A stretch of DNA of 32,634 nucleotides. Origin: Spirochaetota bacterium. Lineage in GTDB: Bacteria; Spirochaetota; UBA4802; UBA5550. A program made the translations under genes and the position numbers. Every line of letters starts with the position of its first letter. The stretch's first letter is position 1. The stretch lies in contig JBNKTL010000053.1 in assembly GCA_050298055.1 (NCBI GenBank), positions 1 to 32,634 of the forward strand, in the 5' to 3' direction. The notes below the pieces were generated by a model, which worked only from the letters and a program-made list of their open reading frames with translations, made no database searches and was not told the DNA's origin. Below, piece after piece: positions 27,796 through 32,634 of the stretch.

Positions 27796-28551
27796 TCACT
27801 TCACCGTCGATATTGAAATCATATATTCACCGTGCCGGTAAACCTTTACAAAAGGTCCGTGGCAGCAGACTTCCGCAAACCTCTTCTCGACTTCCCGGTA
27901 GATCTCCACGGAGTAATCGCTGCCCCCCATACTGCTTATGAAGATGTCCTTCAGGTTGAGGTTCAGGCCCGACCCGATGGATTTCAGCACCGCCTCTTTC
28001 AATGTCCAGAAGAGCGTTATCTTTTCCTTATTAAAGCTTCCGTTTCCCCCGGACCTGAACTGGTCAATTTCCTGACTGCTGAAAGCAATCCTCAAAAATG
28101 ATCCGTCCCTGTCCTCTATCTTCTCCGCGTCAATTCCCACTCCCCTGAATTCGTCTCTTCCGCATACCAGTGAGAGGGCAATATTTCCGGAATGGGTGAT
28201 GGATATCATGAGATCTGACCGGTCACCGTTCAGCAGTATCTCCGGTTCCCCGGTATCTGTTCTTCTGATAGTGATTTCTCCCGGTTCCGGGACCTTTTCA
28301 CGACCATGGTCCCTGTAGTAGTTAACCACGGCCTCCTTCCCGGCCAGCCTTCCCGAAATAAAATCCGCCTTCCTCTTGGAGACCTTCAGCCTGTTCAGGT
28401 ACTCCAATTCCCACTCCGAGAGGTAATCGAAAAACTCGTATTCTCCCGTCTCCTTGAGGATTTTTGAAACCCTGTCTATATGAAACCGGGAGAGGGACAT
28501 CCTCTCCCTCCGGCACTCACTGATAATTGTCTCAATACCCGTATCATCCAT
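27796..28551 (-). CDS. Sfp/PfaE-type 4'-phosphopantetheinyl transferase
   Basis: GRLAGKEAV, GEP, SITHSG, GIDAEKI, FWTLKEAVLKSIGSGL; starts 8 nt after the PKS stop codon. Confidence 0.93.
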   Translation of the reverse strand: MDDTGIETIISECRRERMSLSRFHIDRVSKILKETGEYEFFDYLSEWELEYLNRLKVSKRKADFISGRLAGKEAVVNYYRDHGREKVPEPGEITIRRTDTGEPEILLNGDRSDLMISITHSGNIALSLVCGRDEFRGVGIDAEKIEDRDGSFLRIAFSSQEIDQFRSGGNGSFNKEKITLFWTLKEAVLKSIGSGLNLNLKDIFISSMGGSDYSVEIYREVEKRFAEVCCHGPFVKVYRHGEYMISISTVK

Positions 28552-28559
28552 CAGCTGCT

Positions 28560-31500
28560 TTAGTTTAATGATATTTTCTTCTCCTCGGGAAGTGTACCGG
28601 TTTTGATCATCCTGTACCCTTTCAGGAGCGAATAGACATTTCCCTCCGCATCGAACATCCGGGTATCGTATACCTGCTTTTCGCCCTCTGTTCCCCTGAA
28701 CTCTGAGACCACATAGAGCTCCTTCACCTCTGCCGGGATACTTCGGAAAATAATCTCCTCCATACTGTCGGGAAGTGAATTTATCTCCAGGTTTGCCATG
28801 GCATAGATCCCTGAATTCTGCAGGGCTGTCTCGATGACCAGCGGATCAGTTACCAGCTCCGGTTTTTTCGTAAAGCTGAAGATCTCGTTGTTCCTCCCGG
28901 CCATTACGCCCAGGGAACTCTTCTCGTCAACAATGATCACCGACTCAAGAACCTGGAAAAGCGGCCCGTGAAAGAAACGGGAATAGACATCCTCCTTTTT
29001 AAGGAGTCTTTCCCCGTTTTTTTTGAACTTCCCGATAATTTTTCCCAGCCTGTTTATCTCCTTCATCTTTTTGAAAGATCTCTTTTTAGCGGAGAGGATA
29101 ATCTCACCCCGGAAGTGGACCCGGGTGTCCCCGAGCTTCGTCCCATCCCTGTTGAAGAACTCCCTCTCCAGGAACGCTTCCAGGACAATATCGGTTCCTT
29201 CCACAGCTTTCTTTGCCACCCTGATGGTCATCTCAAAGGGCTCGTTTTTCAGGACTTTCAGGGGAACGAGAAAGGTGACATTTCTCAATGACATAAAGTT
29301 CATCTTCGGGTAGAGGAGCCGTGCCGCTTCCGCGAAGGACTCCATACCCATGACCGCGGGAAGCCACGGCACGCCGTCGATCTCATGGTCGGGAAGATAA
29401 ATGTCCCTGGCCGGGTCAATGGTTTTCCGGGCAGCAAGGGATATTCCGGGATTAACCTCAACCAGCCGGTCTATCATGGGATACCGGGACTTCTCCTTCT
29501 CGAGGAGTTGCGATATCCTGGCAAAATCCTTTGACTCTGTCCCCGCAATGACTCCGTGGCTGTCAATGGGGCCTACATTTCCCGCTATGATGACCTCGGT
29601 GTCGGTCCCGAAGAGAAGCTCCTCCCTGAACCGTGTCACACCTTCATCCAAGGGTATCATGTCTATCCCCGCCATTTCGAATATTTTCGCGATACTCCCC
29701 TTTGTGGCCATACCCACGTCCTTCCATCCCGACCAGTTGATGCAGAGACACTTTGTGTCCTTCATGCTTCCCCGGAGCATCTGCGCGTATTTGTTGAGAA
29801 GGTCATTTGCCGCGGCATAATCTGTCTGGCCGTTGTTCCCGAACCTTCCCGAGATGGAACCGAAGAGGACAATCGCCTTAAGCTTCTGGTCCCGTGTGAG
29901 TTCCACGAGGTTATAACATCCGTCTATCTTCACGTCCAGGATCCGGACAAAGTCCTCATACTTCTTCTCCTCCATGAGCTTGCTCTCCTCGAGACCCGCC
30001 CCGTGTATCAGCACGTCGATCCTGCCGAATTTCTTCTTTATCTCCTCAATGGTCTTCTTCATATGGTCATGGCTTGAGACATCACAGGGGAAGTACTCAA
30101 CCGCCCCGGCTCCCGCCTCCTTCATCTTTTCCACATTTCTGTACTTCTCTATTGCCGTAAGATATTTTCCATACTCGCGGTCGATCATCACCGGTGTGAC
30201 TCTCTCATGCTCTGCCTTGAGCCGGGCCACCACGGATTCTTTCAGCTCCCTGAGTCCCTTTTCATCAAGGGACGCGTACTTTTCGGCGTCTTCAGGGATA
30301 CCGGAGCGTGAGATGATGGCGATTTTCGGTTTATACCGCCCGGCAATCTCCTTGGCGATCTCGCTGGTTATCCCGTATCCCCCCCCGGTAATCATAAAGA
30401 CGGAACCCGGTTCTATTTCAGTTACCGGACCACCGGACCTGTCCGCTTCCCTGTAGATGACCTGGGGAGCAACACGGGTTTTCCCCCTGTAGCCCACTTC
30501 GGTCCTCCTTCCGCCGTACCGGAGTTCGGTGATAATTGCATTCGCCGTCTCTCCGTGCTTTGCGTCCAATGAGAAATCAATACATTTAACGAGCAGTCCC
30601 TCTATCTCCTTCTCAAAACTCTTGGTGATTCCCGCCACACCTCCTCCCACGGGATCACCGGCCTCAAATCCTTCAAATCCGAAGCTTCCGCCCATTTGAA
30701 CGGCAGACGCTATAAACCCCGAACCGGATTTTGCATTCTGAACAAGATCTTTCTGCGCTTCCTTTACGATGAGAAAGAGACTCTTGATCCTCCTGAAGAC
30801 CTTCTCTTTCCAGAGGTTAAAATCTGTCTTTCTGATATCCGCAGATTCCTCCAGGGGAACACAGTGGATGATACCGTTAAGGATCCCCTGTTCCCTTATC
30901 TTTCCCACTTCTTTTCTGAGGGAATCCTCCGAGCCGGGACCCTCCACTTTCAGGAGGCTGATATTTGCCCCCTCCTTCTCAAGTTTCTTCCTGAGATTTT
31001 CCGCAACGCCCTTTCCGTCATGGGTGATGAGGATATTCATCCCCTTAAAGTCCAGGGCAGCATCCTGTTTTTTCTCCAGGGGAAGCTCAACCGATTCCAC
31101 TACCATCCTTCTGATGGGGCCGGTTCCGCTCCCTGTTTCCGGGGCTTTCTCGCCGGTGGTATCGTTCACCACCGCGGCAGCCGAAAGACCGGGAGACCGG
31201 CTCTCCACGAACTGCACCACATGGTTCAGGGTGGGAAAGTCCTTTATCTGCAGATCGTCTTCACGGGGGATATTAAAGAGCTCACGGACCCTGCCGAAGA
31301 GCTCCGCCTGTTTTACCGTGTCTATCCCCAGGTCCGATTCCATGTCCAGGTCAAACTCGATGAGGTCCTCGGGATACCCCGTCTTTTCAGCCACAAGGGC
31401 AACGATCTTCTTCCTCACCTCGTCAAGTTCCGCCGGGGGTGCTGCCGCCGCTGATGCCGGAATTGCGGCTGATACCGCCGCGGCAGCCGGCGCCGGGGTC

Positions 31501-32634
31501 TGTGAAGGAAGATCGGGAGACTTGTCCCTGACAAACTGCACCACATGGTTCAGGGTGGGGAAATCCTTTATCTGCAGATCGTCCTCACGGGGGATATTAA
31601 AAAGCTCACGGACCTTACCGAAGAGCTCCGCCTGTTTTACCGTGTCAATTCCCAGGTCCGATTCCATGTCCAGGTCAAACTCGATGAGGTCTTCGGGATA
31701 ACCTGTCTTCTCGGAGACAAGGGCAACAATTTTCTTCATGACTTCATCAATCTTCCCCCCTGTTTCCTGCATTGATACCGCCGGTGTGGTCTCCGTCATG
31801 GATTGTGTCACAAGGGCAAGATCAGCCCGGGCCACTATCTCCGGGGACCTCTCCTGCACAAACTGTACCACATGGTTCAGGGTGGGAAAGTCCTTTATCT
31901 GCAGATCGTCCTCGCGGGGGATATTAAAGAGATCACGGACAGTCCCGAAGAGCTCTGCCTGCTTCACCGTGTCTATCCCCAGGTCCGATTCCATATCCAG
32001 GTCAAATTCAATGAGGTCCTCGGGATAACCTGTCTTCTCCGCCACAAGGGCGACGATCTTCTTTCTCACCTCGTCCAGCACTCCTCCCGGAGACGCTGTT
32101 GTCACGGCAGGAGCCGCTGCAGCAGCCGACGAAGAAGCAGCAGGAACATCGGGAACCAGAGAATCAATATCCGGGGACCTCTCCCTGACAAACTGCACCA
32201 CATGGTTCAGGGTGGGGAAGTCCTTTATCTGCAGATCGTCCTCGCGGGGGATATTGAAGAGATCACGGACGGTCCCGAAGAGTTCCGCCTGCTTCACCGT
32301 GTCTATCCCCAGGTCCGATTCCATGTCCAGGTCAAACTCGATGAGGTCTTCGGGATACCCCGTCTTCTCGGAAACAATGGCAACAATCTTCCGACGTACA
32401 ATGTCCATTCCCCCGGCGGGAGCGGCGACGGCCGATGCCGGTACTGCAGAAGAGACGGGAGAAGCTTCAGCGGGAAGATCCGGAGCCTTATCTTTCACAA
32501 ACTGCACCACATGGTTTAATGTGGGGAAGTCCTTTATCTGCAGATCATCCTCGCGGGGGATATTGAAGAGATCACGGACGGTCCCGAAAAGTTCCGCCTG
32601 CTTCACCGTGTCTATCCCCAGGTCCGATTCCATG
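28560..32634 (-). CDS. PfaA-like iterative type I PKS/FAS, 5'-truncated: tandem ACP (at least 5) - KR - DH
   Basis: SEKTGYPEDLIEFDLDMESDLGIDTVKQAELF repeats with Ala/Pro linkers; KR ITGGGYGIT, HGAG, GQTDYAAAN; DH DHEIDGVPWLP and FFHGPLFQ; the frame is open to the window edge. Confidence 0.93.
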   Translation of the reverse strand, partial: MESDLGIDTVKQAELFGTVRDLFNIPREDDLQIKDFPTLNHVVQFVKDKAPDLPAEASPVSSAVPASAVAAPAGGMDIVRRKIVAIVSEKTGYPEDLIEFDLDMESDLGIDTVKQAELFGTVRDLFNIPREDDLQIKDFPTLNHVVQFVRERSPDIDSLVPDVPAASSSAAAAAPAVTTASPGGVLDEVRKKIVALVAEKTGYPEDLIEFDLDMESDLGIDTVKQAELFGTVRDLFNIPREDDLQIKDFPTLNHVVQFVQERSPEIVARADLALVTQSMTETTPAVSMQETGGKIDEVMKKIVALVSEKTGYPEDLIEFDLDMESDLGIDTVKQAELFGKVRELFNIPREDDLQIKDFPTLNHVVQFVRDKSPDLPSQTPAPAAAAVSAAIPASAAAAPPAELDEVRKKIVALVAEKTGYPEDLIEFDLDMESDLGIDTVKQAELFGRVRELFNIPREDDLQIKDFPTLNHVVQFVESRSPGLSAAAVVNDTTGEKAPETGSGTGPIRRMVVESVELPLEKKQDAALDFKGMNILITHDGKGVAENLRKKLEKEGANISLLKVEGPGSEDSLRKEVGKIREQGILNGIIHCVPLEESADIRKTDFNLWKEKVFRRIKSLFLIVKEAQKDLVQNAKSGSGFIASAVQMGGSFGFEGFEAGDPVGGGVAGITKSFEKEIEGLLVKCIDFSLDAKHGETANAIITELRYGGRRTEVGYRGKTRVAPQVIYREADRSGGPVTEIEPGSVFMITGGGYGITSEIAKEIAGRYKPKIAIISRSGIPEDAEKYASLDEKGLRELKESVVARLKAEHERVTPVMIDREYGKYLTAIEKYRNVEKMKEAGAGAVEYFPCDVSSHDHMKKTIEEIKKKFGRIDVLIHGAGLEESKLMEEKKYEDFVRILDVKIDGCYNLVELTRDQKLKAIVLFGSISGRFGNNGQTDYAAANDLLNKYAQMLRGSMKDTKCLCINWSGWKDVGMATKGSIAKIFEMAGIDMIPLDEGVTRFREELLFGTDTEVIIAGNVGPIDSHGVIAGTESKDFARISQLLEKEKSRYPMIDRLVEVNPGISLAARKTIDPARDIYLPDHEIDGVPWLPAVMGMESFAEAARLLYPKMNFMSLRNVTFLVPLKVLKNEPFEMTIRVAKKAVEGTDIVLEAFLEREFFNRDGTKLGDTRVHFRGEIILSAKKRSFKKMKEINRLGKIIGKFKKNGERLLKKEDVYSRFFHGPLFQVLESVIIVDEKSSLGVMAGRNNEIFSFTKKPELVTDPLVIETALQNSGIYAMANLEINSLPDSMEEIIFRSIPAEVKELYVVSEFRGTEGEKQVYDTRMFDAEGNVYSLLKGYRMIKTGTLPEEKKISLN
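31195..32634 (-). repeat. Five near-identical tandem ACP-coding repeats (first one partial)
   Basis: Equivalent codons are spaced 309, 330, 327 and 324 bp apart; cores nearly identical, linkers divergent. Confidence 0.95.

Noticed and set aside
30696..32519. Long plus-strand ORFs with internal repeats
   Set aside because: Antisense shadows of the ACP repeats of the PKS
31195..32634. Regularly spaced repeats as a CRISPR or non-coding array
   Set aside because: Units exceed 200 bp, stay in frame and encode ACP domains; no cas genes are present

Overview
A 32.6 kb bacterial chromosomal window. PheT, the GAF-PtsP, the MCP and the lipoprotein look spirochaete/Leptospira-like, but this is an impression and not a database result. 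From left to right it holds: a minus-strand DNA-repair operon (MrfA/YprA-type DUF1998 helicase, MrfB/YprB-type exonuclease, dinB) behind a sigma70 promoter with two GAAC-N4-GTTC-like boxes; an MCP; a small c-type cytochrome; two hypotheticals; ptsP, a PHP phosphoesterase and a ROK kinase; pheS-pheT; a CYTH cyclase and a GerMN protein; an AT-rich accessory block (RHH/MazF toxin-antitoxin pair, ABM protein, methyltransferase, lipoprotein, metallophosphoesterase); a cNMP / degenerate sigma54-AAA+ / membrane Fe-S fusion; a heptad-repeat membrane-anchored protein; and the 3' end of a PfaA-like iterative PKS followed by a PPTase and an acyl-CoA dehydrogenase. The most striking observation is that all five visible ACP domains of the PKS carry Thr (GIDT) in place of the normally invariant phosphopantetheine-accepting Ser (GIDS), next to an intact-looking PPTase. 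Two families of intergenic palindromic repeats are also present: a nested element in 2 copies and a ~135 bp MITE-like element in 3 copies.
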